Origin: the human T2T-CHM13v2.0 reference genome, Homo sapiens
NCBI RefSeq assembly: GCF_009914755.1
Contig: NC_060931.1
Direction: 5' to 3' (one strand)
DNA length: 64,000 nucleotides
Positions within the stretch are counted from its first letter, which is position 1. Each line of letters starts with the position of its first letter. The position numbers were made by a program, and so were the translations under genes. This document shows positions 50,712 through 64,000 of the stretch, one piece after another. The notes beneath the pieces were generated by a model. That model ran no database searches, was not told where the DNA came from, and saw only the letters and a program-made list of their open reading frames with translations.

Positions 50712-51529
50712 ACAATCACATTGGGAAAATATCTTAAAATGTACCAAGGAGACATTTGGTTGAGAGACAATAGGATTTATTCCATAGGATGGTAGGACAT
50801 TGTGATTAAAAGGAGAAAAAAGTCTATAATATGAAATAATACCTAGGATTCCCAAAAGGCAGATATTATAGTTAATAGATTACAGTTTTCTGTGTTTCCA
50901 ATGATATTACATTCAATGATGAAAAAAGAAAAAAAAATGGACCTGAAATCCTTTTTGTACTTACCAAATCGTTGATTTTAAGAGTAATTAGTATCGAGAA
51001 ACTCTGCTCAATCTCTTGAAACTGAAGCTAAAAAGTAATAATTTAATCAGATTGTATTTTAAACTTTCAACTAGTAATAAAGGCATTTCTGAGGAAGGCA
51101 ATTATACAAACTAAAATTAAATACAATTATATAAGTCAAAACATGAGATATGTATCACAAACGCTACAGATTTTATTTCCAGTTAAATCAGATATGCTAT
51201 ACAAGCAATGTATGCTTGTGTACTAAATATTGCACTTTGAAATCAACTGACTTATATAGAAAACAACCTTATGATGTTTAGTAGTCATGATTTTCAATAA
51301 AAAAAGATTAAAGTTAGAAATGTAAATAAATCTGTATGCAGCATGGTCCTGTGTATGAGAAAGAAATCATCCAGGGTAGGTCAAATTCTGGAATGTCTTT
51401 CCGACCTCTAATGCCTGCCTGCACTGTTAGGCATTTTCCTGCATCAGTTTTTCCTTTAAATAAAAGCCCCATGTGAGTATACCCTTGTAAGTTTAGTGAA
51501 TACTTTCAAACATCTGAAGTAAGGAAAAC

Positions 51530-51692
51530 AATCTAGCTGCACACTGGAAGAACTGGGAAACTTAAATTTTAACTCATGCTAGATATCACAACCAAGATTC
51601 TGATTTAATTGTTTTGGGGTGTGGCCTGGATTACAGGAAGTTTAGAAGCTTCAGAGGTAATTCTAATATGGTGCTTATAGTTGGGAACCACT
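51530..51692. mobile_element. MER5A-type MITE
   Basis: gattctgatttaattgttttggggtgtggcctgg...ggtaattctaat...gttgggaaccactg. Confidence 0.75.
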
Positions 51693-53886
51693 GAACTGAA
51701 CAAAGATTAGTTATGTCCACAGGTGAATATTCAGGGTAATTAGTAAAGCATGGTATTTAGTATAGCTGGGACATCGACTCTTTCCTATTTCAGCCTCTTT
51801 GAAAAGCAGAAAACCCTGAATCTCTGGGTCAGATCAGGAGACATCTCTAAGCTGTGTTTTCTTTTGTTTGTTTTGTGTGATTGTTACAGAATACACCATC
51901 TGAGACAAATCTGGCTCTTGGATATTACCAGTGGATAAATAACTGTCAGTGCTATAGAAAATAGTATTTGTAGAATTTGTTTCAGAGTTTTTGATCATGA
52001 ACAATGTGTTTTTACATGGAAGAGGGAATCCACACTCTGGGAAGCTTCGTCAATGAAGTGCACAGCATCTCAAGACTGTTGAAGTGGATGTTATTAAAGA
52101 GATGGCTTATACCATTTTCTCATTCTAATCAATACCCCCAGTAAAGGGTTTCTTGCATAAAAAGCCTAAGAATCAATTTTGCCAAATTAGGTTGGTCTCA
52201 CAAGGAAATGGAAGGGACCGAAAATTAGACTCAGTCCTAAGTAAGAGTACAGCAGTCCATAGGGGTATTTCTTTTTATGTCTCCTCTAAAGTTTTTTTTC
52301 CTTTTTCACATAAATTTAAATACAAATGTGCAATTAGATTGTGAAACATTTCTAATTTTTATCTGTTGTACAGATATTTAGACCACAAATTGTTTGGAAC
52401 ATATTTGCTAGTTTTTAAAATTTATAACTAACTGAAAACATAACTGTTTTCAATTATTTTTCATGTCATAAAATAATGGAAGATAGAGTTATCTGCTTTA
52501 TATTCAGAGAAATTTCCACTTAATTATTTCTTTAAAAAATTATTTCACAGAGCATTACTATTTTTCCCTTTGGTACGCTGCATTCTTTTATATTAAAACC
52601 ATTGTTTTGTCTCCCTTTACTGTATTTAACAAGGATATAGTTAAGTAAGCCCAGTTTGGAAAAGTAGGTTTTAGAGAGAAATAAAGGCAATAAAACTGTA
52701 CAGGCAATCATGTCTATTTCTTCTAGACTTTAATTATTTTTACCTTAAAACCTTATATTTTAATGGAGTAAGAAAGCAAAACCAAAAATGGTTTTAAATA
52801 TAAAATTTTATCTTTGATTTCTGAGGTAGCAATATTCAATAAACAAATAGGTTTCATTGGGAGAAAAAATATACTTTTCAAGAATAGAAAATCTTATTTA
52901 ATTTAATTTATTATTATTATTTACCATGCAGTGCTATCTAGGTTGAGACAAAACTTCACTATGAACAGCTCTAGCCTAATTTTCAAGGGTAAACATACGG
53001 GAAGAACATTTAGTAATATACTTACTTGTAAAAGAAAAGCCATATGCATTACATGGGTACATTTTGGTGTCTATAGCCTACAGCAAGCTCTTGGTCTAGA
53101 TCCATAATGAACAATGAAGTCAGGAATTGATTTCTGCCACTGCCTCTTGGATGACATTTATAATTTGCTACTGCTTGTTGTTACATTACATCTCAGTTTT
53201 CTAATTAGACTTTACAATCCTTAAGAACATGAAATGTTGTTCACTTTTCACTTTCCATAAATACCTAGAGCACTGTCTAAGTCTGCCAATCTAATTATTC
53301 CTGTAGTCTGAAGCTGCCCTAAAGTAGTTGAAATCTAGCCAAAAGGTCACAGATGTTTAGTCTTGGAAAAGACCTTGAGAGACACTCCGGTTCATATGCC
53401 TGATTTGGCACACTGAATAATTTTTTTGTTTTCAGGCAGATGGCATCTGGACTTACATGTATTTCTACTCTAAAAAGCAATGAATGAATATTCCCTGTTT
53501 TCATCTGAAGACTCATAGGATTTCCTGTCTTGCCAGGCAATATAACCCTAGTTAGACCATATCCTCTGCCTTCCATACTTTGTTGCATTCCATCTCCCAT
53601 AAACTTCTATTCTAAATTTACTTCTGTTCTCAAGATATACACCATCCATGACCATTTTCTTGGTGGTCAGGATGAATCAATAAAATAAATATAGAAGGGT
53701 ATCACTTAAAATATTTAATAACAATTATGGTACAGGCCCAATCTTATCAGAGTGGGGCAATAAAAAAATCAATGCCAGCTACATTTAACTCTATGGCCAT
53801 ATTGGTGCACACCAACTCAATATCAGCCTTAAAAATATACAATCTCATAGAAAACATGAGAATTAAAGAGAATCAATTCTGAAGAC

Positions 53887-54343
53887 TGTATTTGTTTCCT
53901 AGGGCTGCTGTAACAAATTATCACATACTTGACAACAAAAACAAACAGAAATGTATTTCTCCAGTTTTGGAGGCCAGAAGTCCTTAATCAAGGTGTTGGC
54001 AGGAATTAATTCCCTCTGGAGACTCTACGGGAGAATCTATTCCACACTTTTATTTTAACTTCTGCCAGCAACTCTTAATGATCCTTGGTTAAGGGATTCA
54101 TACTTTCAATGTCGGCCACAAAATTTACATAGACTTTTCTGTGTGTGTCCAATTTCCCTCTTTTATTTTTCCCTTAAAAGGTCACCAGTAAAAGCCTATC
54201 CTAAATTGAAGATAATCTCAAATTGAGATTCTTAACTTAATTACATCTGTAAACTCTCTAATTTAAAATGAGGTCACATTCATGGATATTGGGGTTTAGA
54301 ACTTGGACATTTTATTTTGTGGGACACTATTCAACCCACTACA
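53887..54343 (-). mobile_element. MLT1B/C MaLR solo LTR
   Basis: tgtatttgtttcctagggctgctgtaacaaatta...gggacactattcaacccactaca; TSD aagac/aagaa. Confidence 0.88.
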
Positions 54344-54471
54344 AAGAACATATATCCTGGGTGTTTTACATACAGCCAAATCTTAAATCTTAATTTTATC
54401 TGATAAGGCAAATATTATTTACTCTGTTTTTCATATGAGAACACTAAAGCTTAAAGAAATGGAGTGCCCAT

Positions 54472-57400
54472 TGTGTTAGACTGCATTGCCATAAAAGAAT
54501 ACCTGAGCCTGGGTAATTTATAAAGAGAGAAGATTTATTTTGACTCACAGTTCTGCAGGCTGCACAGGAAGTATGGCACCAGCATCTGTTCCTTGTGAGG
54601 GTACAGGAAGCTTACAATTATGGCAGAAGATGAAGGGGAGCAGGCACATCACGTAGTGAGAGCAGGAGTGAGAGAAGTGGGAGAGGAAGTGACACACTCC
54701 TTTATATAACCAGATCTCATGTTAATTCAGTGCAAGAATGTACTCACTTTAACAAGGAGGGCACCAAGCCATTCATGAGGGATCTGCCCCAATGATCCAA
54801 ACACTTCCTACCAGGCCCAACATACAAAACTGGAGATTACATTTCAACATGAGATTTATAGGGGACAAACATCCAAACTACATCATTCCATCCTTGGCCC
54901 TCGAAATCTCACATCTTTCTTACAAAGCAAAATGCAATCATGCCTTCCCAACAGTCTCCAAATGTCTTAAATCATTCCAGCATTAACTTAAAGTCCAAAG
55001 TCTTATTTGAGGTGCAAAGTAAGTTTCTTCCATTTATGAGCCTGTAAAATAAAAAATAAGATATTTACTTCCAAGATACAATAATGATATAAGAATTGGA
55101 TAAACATTCTGATATGGTTTGGCTGTTTCTCCATCCAAATCTCATCTTAAATTGTAGCTCCCATAATTCCCACATGTTATGGGAGGGACCTGGTAGGAGA
55201 TAATTAAATCATGGGGGAAGTTTCCCCCATACTGTTCTTGTGGTGGTGAATAAGTCTCACAAGATCTGATGGTTTTATAAGGAGAAATTCATTTCATTTG
55301 ATTTTCATTCTCTCTCTTGCCACTACCATGTAAGAAGTGCCTTTCACTTTCACCTTCTCATATGATTATGAGGCCTCCCTAACCACATGGAACTTAAAGT
55401 TCATTAAACTTCTTTCTTTTGTAAATGGACCAGTCTCTGGGGTTTTTTTTTTATTAGCAGCATGAAAACAGACTAATACAGTAAACTGGTGCCAATAGAG
55501 TGAACTACTGAACACTACTAAAAGGATAACCAAAAATGTGGAACAACTTTGGAACTGAGTAACAGGCAGAGGTTGAAACAGTTTGGAGAGCTTAGAAGAT
55601 GACAGGAAAATGAAGGAAAGTTTGCAGCACCCTAGAGACTTGTTGAATGGCTTTGATCAAAATACTGATAATGATATGAACAATGAAATCCAGGCTGAGG
55701 TGGTCTCAAATAGAGATGAGGAACTTTTTGGAAACTAGAACAAAGGTGACTCTTGTTATGTTTTAGCAAAGAGACTGGTGGCATTTGCCCCTACCCTAGA
55801 GATCTGTGGAACTTTGCACTTGAGGGAGATGATTTAGGGTATATGGCAGAAGAAATGTCTAAGCAGCAAAGCATTCAAGAGATAACTTCCATGCTGTTAA
55901 AAGCATTCTGTTTTAAAGGGAAGCAGAGGATAAAAGTTTGGAAAATTTGCAGCCTGATGATGCAATAGAAAAGAAAAACCCATTTTCTGAGAAATTCAAT
56001 CTGGCTTCAGAAATTTGCATAAGTAATGGGGAGTCAAATGTTAATTGCACAATGGGAAAAATGTCTCCAAGATGTGTCAGAGACCTTTGTGGCAGCCCCT
56101 CCCATCACAAGCCCAGCGACCTAGCAGGAAAAAATGGTCTCATGGACAGGCCTAGGGTCCTCCTGCTGAGTACAGCCTAGGGACTTGGTATCCTGTGTCC
56201 CAGCTGCTCTAGCCACAGCCAAAAGGGGCCATGCTGCAGCTCAGGTCATGGCTTCAGAGGGTGCAAAGCCCAAGCCTTGGCAGCTTCCACATGATGTTGA
56301 GTCTGCAAGTGCACAGAAGTCAAGAATTGGGGTTTGGGAACCTCTAGATTTCAGAGGATGTATAGAAATGCCTAGATGTCCAGGCAGAAGTTTGCTGCAG
56401 GGGTGGAGCTCTCATGGATAACCTCTGCTAGAGCAGTGAGAAAGGGAAATGTGGGGTTGAAGACCCCACACAGAGTCCCCACAGGAACACTGCCTAGTGG
56501 AGCTGTGAGAAGAGGACTACTATCATCCAGACCCCAGAATGGTAGATCCACTGACAGCTTGCACAGTGCACTTGGAAAAGCTGCAGACACTCAATGCCAG
56601 CCTTTGAAAGCAGCCAGGATGAATGCTGTGCTTTGCAAAACCATGGGGGCAGAACTGCTCAAGACTATAGGAACACACCCCTTGCATCAGTGTTCCCTGG
56701 ATGTGAGATGTAGAGTCAAAAGAGATCATTTTGGAGCTTTAACATTTGACTGCCCTGCTGAATTTCAGACTTGCGTGGAACCTGTAGCCCCTTTGTTTTG
56801 GCCAATTTTTCCTTCTGGGAAAGGGTATATTTGCCCAATGCCTGTTTCCCCATTGTATCTTGATTTTACAGGCTCATAGGCAGAAAGGACTTGCCTTGTC
56901 TCAGATGAGACATTGGACTGTGGACTTTTGAGTTAATGCTGAAATGAGTTAAGACTTTGAGGGATAGATGGGAAGGCATGATTGCTTTTGAAATGTGAGG
57001 ACATGAGATTTGGGAGGAACTTTGGTGTAATGACATGGTTCGGCTGTTTCCCCACCCAAATCTCATCATACATTATAGCTCCCATAATTTCCACATGTTA
57101 TGGGGGGGACCTGGTGGAGATATTTGAATCATGGGAGGTAGTTCTCCCATTCTTTTCTTGTGGTAGTGAATAAGTCTCAAGAGATCTGGTGGCTTTATAA
57201 GGGGAACCCCTTTCACTTGGTTCTTATTCTGTCTCTTGCCGCCATGTAAGAAGTGACTTTCACCTTCTATCATGATTGTGAGGGAGGCCTTCCTCGCCCC
57301 ATGGAACTGTAAGTCCACTAAACCTCTTTCTTTCTTAAATTTCTCAGTCTCAGGTATGTCTTTATTAGCAGTGTGAAAACAGACTAATACACGTTCTCAT

Positions 57401-59205
57401 CTCAAAAGGGAGAAATTGGCCAAAAGAAAGGGGCATCAAGCCACATACAATTCTCTGAAACCCAGAAGGGCAGGCATTAAATTTTAAAGAAAGCACCAAA
57501 ATAATCCTTGCCTCTGTGTCCTGCATCCAGAGCACACTGGGATAAGGGGTGAGCTCCTGAGGCCTTGGGCCGCTCTGCCCCTCTGTCTTTGTAGGGGGAA
57601 CCCCTGTGGCTGTTTTCATGGTTTGGAGGTGAATGCTTGCAGCTTTTCTAGGCTGAGGTTGCAGGCTGCTTTGGCTTTACCATGGAGTCTGGAGGGTGGC
57701 AGACCCATTTAGACAGCTCCTTTAGGCAGTGCCATGCTGAAAACTCTGTGTGGGGCTCCACCTCCACATTTCCCCTCAGCACTGCCCTAGCAGAGACTCT
57801 CTGTGAGAGCTCTTCCCCTGAAGCATGCTTTTGCCTGGGCACCCAGGCTTTCGGATACAACCTCTGAAATCTAGGTGGAAGCGCCAAACTTCCTTCAGTC
57901 TTGCATTCTGCATGCCAGCAGGCTTAACATCATGTGGAATCACCAAGGCCTGTGGCTTGTGCTTTCTGGAGTGGCAACCCAAGCTTCACCTGAAATCCTT
58001 TGAGCCACAGCTGAAGCTGGAGCAGCCAGGATGCCGGCAGCAGTGTCTCAAGGATAAGCAGGACAACGGAGCCCTTGACTTGGCCCATGAAACCTTTCTT
58101 TCCTCTTAGGCCTTGGTTTGGAAGGGGGATTGTGATGGCAGAGCCTGACTCCAAGATCTCTGAGATGCCCTGAAGTCTTTTTCCCATTGTCTTCTATATT
58201 AGAACTTGGCTCCCTTTTAGTCATGCTAATCTCTCCAGCAAGTAGTTTCTCCACAGTCCACTTGAATTTCCCTCTTGAAAATGATCTTTTCTTCTCTATC
58301 ACATGGCCAGATTGTGAGTTTTCCATTTTTTTTCACTCCACCTTCCTTTTAAATATAAGTTACAACTTCAAGTCATTTATTTGGTCCTACATTTGATTTA
58401 GGATGTTAGAGACAGGAAGGCCACACCTCGAATGATCAGAAATTTCTTTTGCCAGACAACCAATTCATTACCCTTAATTTCAAAGTTCACAGATATTAAG
58501 ATATGGACACAATGCAGCCAAATGCTTTGCTAGAGTGTAACATGGGTGACTTTTGCTCCAGTTCCTAATAAAATCCTTACTTTCATCTGAGATCTCATCA
58601 GCCTGACCATCACTGTCTACATTTCTATCACCATTTTAATCACAATCATTTAATAAGTTCCTAAGAAGTTACAAAGTTTCTCCTGTCTTTCTGTCTTCTT
58701 TTGAGCCCTTCAAACTCTTCCAACCTCTGCCTGTTACCCATTTCTAAAGCTGCCTCCACATTTTTAGGTAACTTAATAGCAAAACTTCTTTCCTGGGTAC
58801 CAATTTTCTGCATTAGTCCATTTGCATTGCTATAAAATAATACCTGAGATGGAACAATTTATAAAGATAAGAGGTTTATTTTGACTTATGATTATGCAGG
58901 CTATACAGTGAGCATTGTGCTGGCATGTGTTCCTGGTGAGGACCTCAGGAAACTGGCAATCATAGCAGAAGATGAGGGGGGAGTGGGTTCATCATATGGT
59001 GAAAGTGGGAGCAAAGATGGGGGGAAGTGTCACATGTTTTTAAACAACCGGATCTTGTGTGAACTTATTACCAGGAGCAGGGCACCAAGTCATTCATGGA
59101 AGATCCGCTCCATGATCCAAACACCTCCTACGAGGCCTCGCCTCCAACATTGGGGATTATATTTTAACATGAGATTTGGAGGGGACACACATCCAAAATA
59201 TATCA
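54472..59205 (-). mobile_element. Full-length MST (MaLR) provirus: LTRs 54472-54885 and 58809-59205, internal region interrupted by THE1
   Basis: Two MST LTRs in the same orientation with MaLR internal sequence between; perfect TSD cccat at 54467-54471 and 59206-59210; inserted in an antisense MIR-like sequence. Confidence 0.92.
55110..57391 (+). mobile_element. Full-length THE1 (B/C-like) provirus: LTRs 55110-55480 and 57031-57391
   Basis: LTR-internal-LTR structure; TSD cattc (55105-55109) / cgttc (57392-57396). Confidence 0.93.
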
Positions 59206-59610
59206 CCCATCAAAAGAGTAACTTAAAAATCTAGAATGAGAATTTAAGCTTTCTCTTTTATAGCAAGCACAGCAACTGAGCAAGAGATAAAATCAGACTC
59301 ATCTCATGATAAGCAGATAAAAGACAAATATTTTATTTTTTCTCTACTATGGTTTGATTTCAAAGATATATTAAATCTGATTATAAATTTATAAAATGTG
59401 TTACAAGCAGGGGTATTCATTACTTTTTATTATTATTCATGCAGTGGAGAGTGTTAAAAGAAAAGATGGATGTTATTGAACACAATCATAGACAACTAGA
59501 CAACTGAGTGGAGAGGATGATCAACATGAAGCCTGGCTGAGGAGAGTGAAGAGATGTGTGATGACAGAGAATAGGCCAGGCTTAGTGTGACAATTCTAGG
59601 TCGGCAGAAC

Positions 59611-61888
59611 TAATATGGCCTGACTTAGTGTCCCCAACTAAATCTCATCTTGAATTGTAATTCCCAAGTGTTGGGGGAGGGACCTTGTGGGAGGAGATTA
59701 GATCATGAGGGCGGTCCCCCCATGCTATTTTCCTGATAGTGAGTAAGTTCTCATAAGATCTGATGGTTTTATAAGGGGCTTCCCCCTTCAATCTCTCTCA
59801 TTCTTCTCTCTCCTGCCACCTTGTGGAGAAGGACATGTTTGCTACCCCTTCCACCATGTTTGAGTTTCCTGAGGCTTCCACAGCCCTGGGGAACTGTGAG
59901 TCAGTTAAACCTATTTTCTTTATAAATTACCTAGTCTCAGGTATGTCTTTATTAACAGCATGAGAACGGACTAATATAGTAAATTGGTACTAGAAGTTGG
60001 GTGCTGCTCTAAAGATACCCCAAAATGTGCAAGTGACTTTGGAACTGGGTAAGAAGAAGAGTTTGGAGCAAATTGGAGGGCTCAGAAGACGACTGGAAAA
60101 TGTGGGAAAGTTTGGAATTCCTAGAGACTTAGAGGGCTCAGAAGACAGGAAGACATGGGAAAGTTTGGAACTTCATAGAGATTTGTTGAATGGCTTTGAT
60201 CAAAATGCCGAGAGTGATATGGACAATGAAGTCCTGGCTGAGGTGGTCTCAGATGGAGATGAGGAACTTTTTGGGAACTGGAGTAAAGGTCACTCTTGTT
60301 ATGTAAAGAGACTGGTGGCATTTTGCCCCTACCCTAGAGGTCTGTGGAACTTTGAACTTGAGAGAGATGATTTAGGGTATCTGGTGAAAGAAATTTCTAA
60401 GCGGCAAAGCATTCAAGAGGAAGCAGAGCATGAAAGTTTGGAAAATTTGCAGCCTGATGACATGTTAGAAAAAAACCATTTTTCTGAGGAGAAATTCAAG
60501 CTCCCTGAAGAAATTTGCATAAGTAATGAGGAGCCAAATGATAATCACCAAGAAAATGGGGAAAATGTCTCCAGGGCATGTTACAGACCTTCATAGTAGC
60601 CCCTCCTATCACAGGCCAGGAGGTGTAAAAGGGAAAACTGGTTTCCCCCTGCTCTATGCAGCCTTGGGACATGGTGCCTTGCATCCCAGCTACTTCAGCT
60701 TCAGCCATGACTAAAAGCAGCCAATGTACAGCTCAGGCCATTGCTTCAGAGGGTGCAAGCCCCAAGCCTTAGCAGCTTACAAGTGGCATTGATCCTATGG
60801 ATGAACAGAAGTCAAAAATTGAGGTTTGGGAACTTTCGCCTACATTTCAGAGGATGTATGGAAATGATATCTAAACAGAAGTTTGCAAGGGTAGAGTCCT
60901 CATGGAAAATCTCTGCTAGGTAGTGCAAGAGGGGAATGCAAGGTTGGAGCTCCCACACAGTGTCCCACAACTGGCCACCATCCTCCAGTTCCCAGAATGG
61001 TAGATCCACCCACAGCTTGCACAGTGCACCTGGAAAAGTCACAGACACTAAATGTCAACTGTGAAAGCAGCTAGGGTCGGGGGCTTTACCCTGCAAAACC
61101 ACAGGGGCGGAGCTGCCCAACACTATGGGAGCCCAACACTTGCATCAGTGTGACCTGGATGTGAGACATGGAGTCAAAGGAGATCATTTTGGAACTTTAA
61201 GGTGTAATAACTGCTGTAGTGCATTTCAGAATTTTATGGGGCTATAGCCCCTTTGTTTTGGCCATTTTCTACCTTTTGGAATGGGTGTATTTACCCAATG
61301 CCTATATCCCTATTGTGTCTTGGATGTACCTAACTTGCTTTTGATTTTACAGACTCATAGGTGAATAGGACTTGCCTTGTCTCAGATGAGACGATGGACT
61401 TTGACTTTTGGGTTAATGCTGAAATGAATAAAGACTTTGGGGAACTATTGAGAAGGCATAATTTTGTTTTGAAATGTGAGAAAGATGAGATTCGGGAGGG
61501 GCTATGGGCAGAATGTTATGGTCTGGCTTTGTGTCCCCTCCCATATCTCATCTGGCATTGTAATCTGAATTGTAATCCACATGTGTTGGGGGAGGGACCT
61601 CATGGGAGGTAATTAGATGATGGAGTCGGTCCCCACATGCTATTCTCATGATAGTGAGTAAGTTCTCATGAGGTGTGATGGTTTTACAAGGGGCTTCCTT
61701 CTTCACTCTCTCATCCTTCTCTCTCGATGCCTTGTGAAGGATATATTTGCTTCCCCTTCCATCATGATTGTAAGTTTCCTGAGGCTTCCCCAGCCCTGCA
61801 GAACTGTGCGTCACTTAAACCTCTTTCCTTTATAAATTACCTAGTCTTGAGTATGTCTTTATTAGCAGCATGAGAACAGACTAATATA
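59611..61888 (+). mobile_element. Full-length THE1 (B/D-like) provirus: LTRs 59611-59978 and 61514-61888
   Basis: LTR-internal-LTR structure; perfect TSD agaac at 59606-59610 and 61889-61893. Confidence 0.93.
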
Positions 61889-63179
61889 AGAACTGTCTTC
61901 CCCAACATTTGCATTGGCTCCATCTCCATTTTCAGATATTGTCGCATTATCCTCTAGAAATTTTGACCATATATTTCATTAGAGTGTCTCATTAATATTT
62001 CTAAGTATTTTTTCCTATTGTCCATTTTCCTCCCATCTTTTAGTTTTTTGGTAGCATAAGCAAGATATGTGGGCTTTAAAAATCGTATGTAAGTGCATTA
62101 TAAACATTATTTTTTCAATGGACATATCAAATGTCAATACAGTACTCTTAGTCTGTAGGATATACATATTAATTTTAAAACATAAGACTTATGAACATTT
62201 TCTAAATACCAGAAATACTTGAAATAAACTTTTGAAAACAAGGTTGAAACTATTAAAACTAAAATTCCTATGATAAAGAAGAATAATTTTCAAAGGCCTC
62301 CAGGTTAGCAATTCATTTTCTGCACAGAAACCATGTTTAATTTATAAATTAAAAAAAGTAAAAGTGGCTGCAGAAACAAATAATATTTTAATTTATTTGG
62401 AGCTCTCTAAATCCTCTTACGGAACTGGTTGATTATAATATATGAGCACAGGAGGAGGTCAATATAAATTAACTTATGATAAGTTTTGAATTTTTAAGGA
62501 TAAATTATTTTCTGAGTTGAGTATTTTCTTTTCAAACATAATATTTTAGTAGTAGAATTTTTACAGTAGAAAAACATATCAAAAATATGTATGTATTATT
62601 TTCAAGATACTCTCTATTTATATCCTAGAAAATATTCAGCTATAAAACTTCAACAGTCTTGATTGAATTCAAGGTAACAAAGCACTGAATAGAATAATAA
62701 ATTAGTGTCTAAGTGTTTAGACCTCATAAAACGTATTTTGAGGCATTTAAATATTATACATATTGTTATTATATCTAATACATCTGACTAAAAATAAAGT
62801 AGGTAACTGATCATAGGAACACCAGACATATTATTTTTTATTCTGCCTGAAAAAGGTCTTAAGTTCCAAATATGCTCCCCTTTTCCAATATAGGAGACAG
62901 TCCTACAATTGTGTTTTTCAAATGTTTGTAGGAATCATGCACTTAATTCAGAGAGAAATAGTATGCTGACAAGTGTGGTACCTGATATCAATGCTAGGGT
63001 ATTTTCCCATACTTTTAATCTCTATACTATCCTCTACTTCACACCTTGTACACACAAACTTACAGATGAGTATGTGTGCATGCCCAACATGCATGCACAT
63101 ACACACACACATTCTGCATAACTGATGAATGGTTAGATTTTTTGTCATTGTGGTCATCTGACCTCTGAGTGTGTCTTAT

Positions 63180-63208
63180 GTCCTCCTCCTCCTCCTCCTC
63201 TTCCTCCT
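63180..63208 (+). repeat. (TCC)n simple repeat
   Basis: Direct reading: tcctcctcctcctcctcctcttcctcct. Confidence 0.8.
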
Positions 63209-64000
63209 TTTGCTTATAATGCTAAAACTAAAAGGAAACAATAAGGGTGTATTCAGGACATAGTTCTGCCATGCTTATGTTGAATGGCACATATTAAAGA
63301 ATTGAAGCATGAACCTCTTAAGCTAAAAAAAAATTCTTATGCCTGATATTGCTGCATCTAGTTTTCTTTTAAAAGGTGTATTGGAATAAGTAAGAATTAA
63401 AGGTCCTTAGAACAAAAGACATTAATAAGAGTTCATGTTTGATAAATAGTGTCTTTTGTCCTACCTCAGGACAAGTCTATTTTTTTACCCTATTTATCCT
63501 TATGAAATATCATAATAGTTATTACAAGACAGAATTCAGCTAGTATATATTTTATGAAACCAAGACTTGAAGAATATTATAAATAACTTCAAAATTTATA
63601 CATTGGTTTTAAATGGAAGTTACTAACAAGATAGCTTCCACAAATAGATTAGAAATCTAGAAGACAGGGAAGAAATAGGATAAAATAGTTCATGAATGTT
63701 CACATAGAAGTCAGATCTTTAAATAAAAGTACAAAGTAGACTTTATAGCTTAGCAGTGCAATTCGCTTTGCCCTAAGGTAACTTTCACTGAAATACTTAA
63801 ACTACTACTGCTGTTTTGGGACAAGATTAAGATTGCTATTTGGGGCTAATTGCCAGGATGTAAGATCAAATTAATATGGTACAAAACTCATAGCCTCATC
63901 CAGTGTTACAAACTGGAACAAGTCATTTTAGAACTAATACAACCTAGCAATGTTTAACTGAATCAGAGTTTAGTAACATGAGCCAGCTCGACAACTTCCA

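Noticed and set aside
55753-58396. Dense cluster of overlapping ORFs in higher-GC sequence
   Set aside because: All lie in THE1/MST internal regions; no splice structure or coherent protein.

Overview
AT-rich, CpG-depleted, repeat-dense primate genomic DNA, most likely human or great ape (AluJ/S/Y, an L1PA3-like L1, THE1/MST MaLRs, LTR7C). It looks intronic or intergenic: I cannot support any protein-coding exon, RNA gene, CpG island or CRISPR-like array. The longer ORFs in the supplied track come from L1, Alu, MaLR or microsatellite sequence; the short ORFs in unique sequence look like chance ORFs. About two thirds of the window (estimated by eye) is recognisable transposon debris, often nested. 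I found no new biological system. The most unusual signals are structural: (1) a ~630-bp inverted duplication (AluY plus a Tigger3 piece, 9 mismatches in 331 non-Alu bp) copied from ~1.9 kb away into a pre-existing Alu; (2) an L1PA3-like insertion with both a twin-priming 5' inversion and a ~28-nt 3' transduction inside a perfect 16-bp TSD; (3) three full-length MaLR proviruses in 7.4 kb, one nested antiparallel in another; (4) a triple nest containing two 5'-inverted L1s; (5) small templated-insertion scars; (6) an LTR7C solo LTR with intact TATA and a mutated poly(A) signal. Subfamily names come from remembered consensus motifs and need RepeatMasker/Dfam confirmation; boundaries of old elements are approximate.
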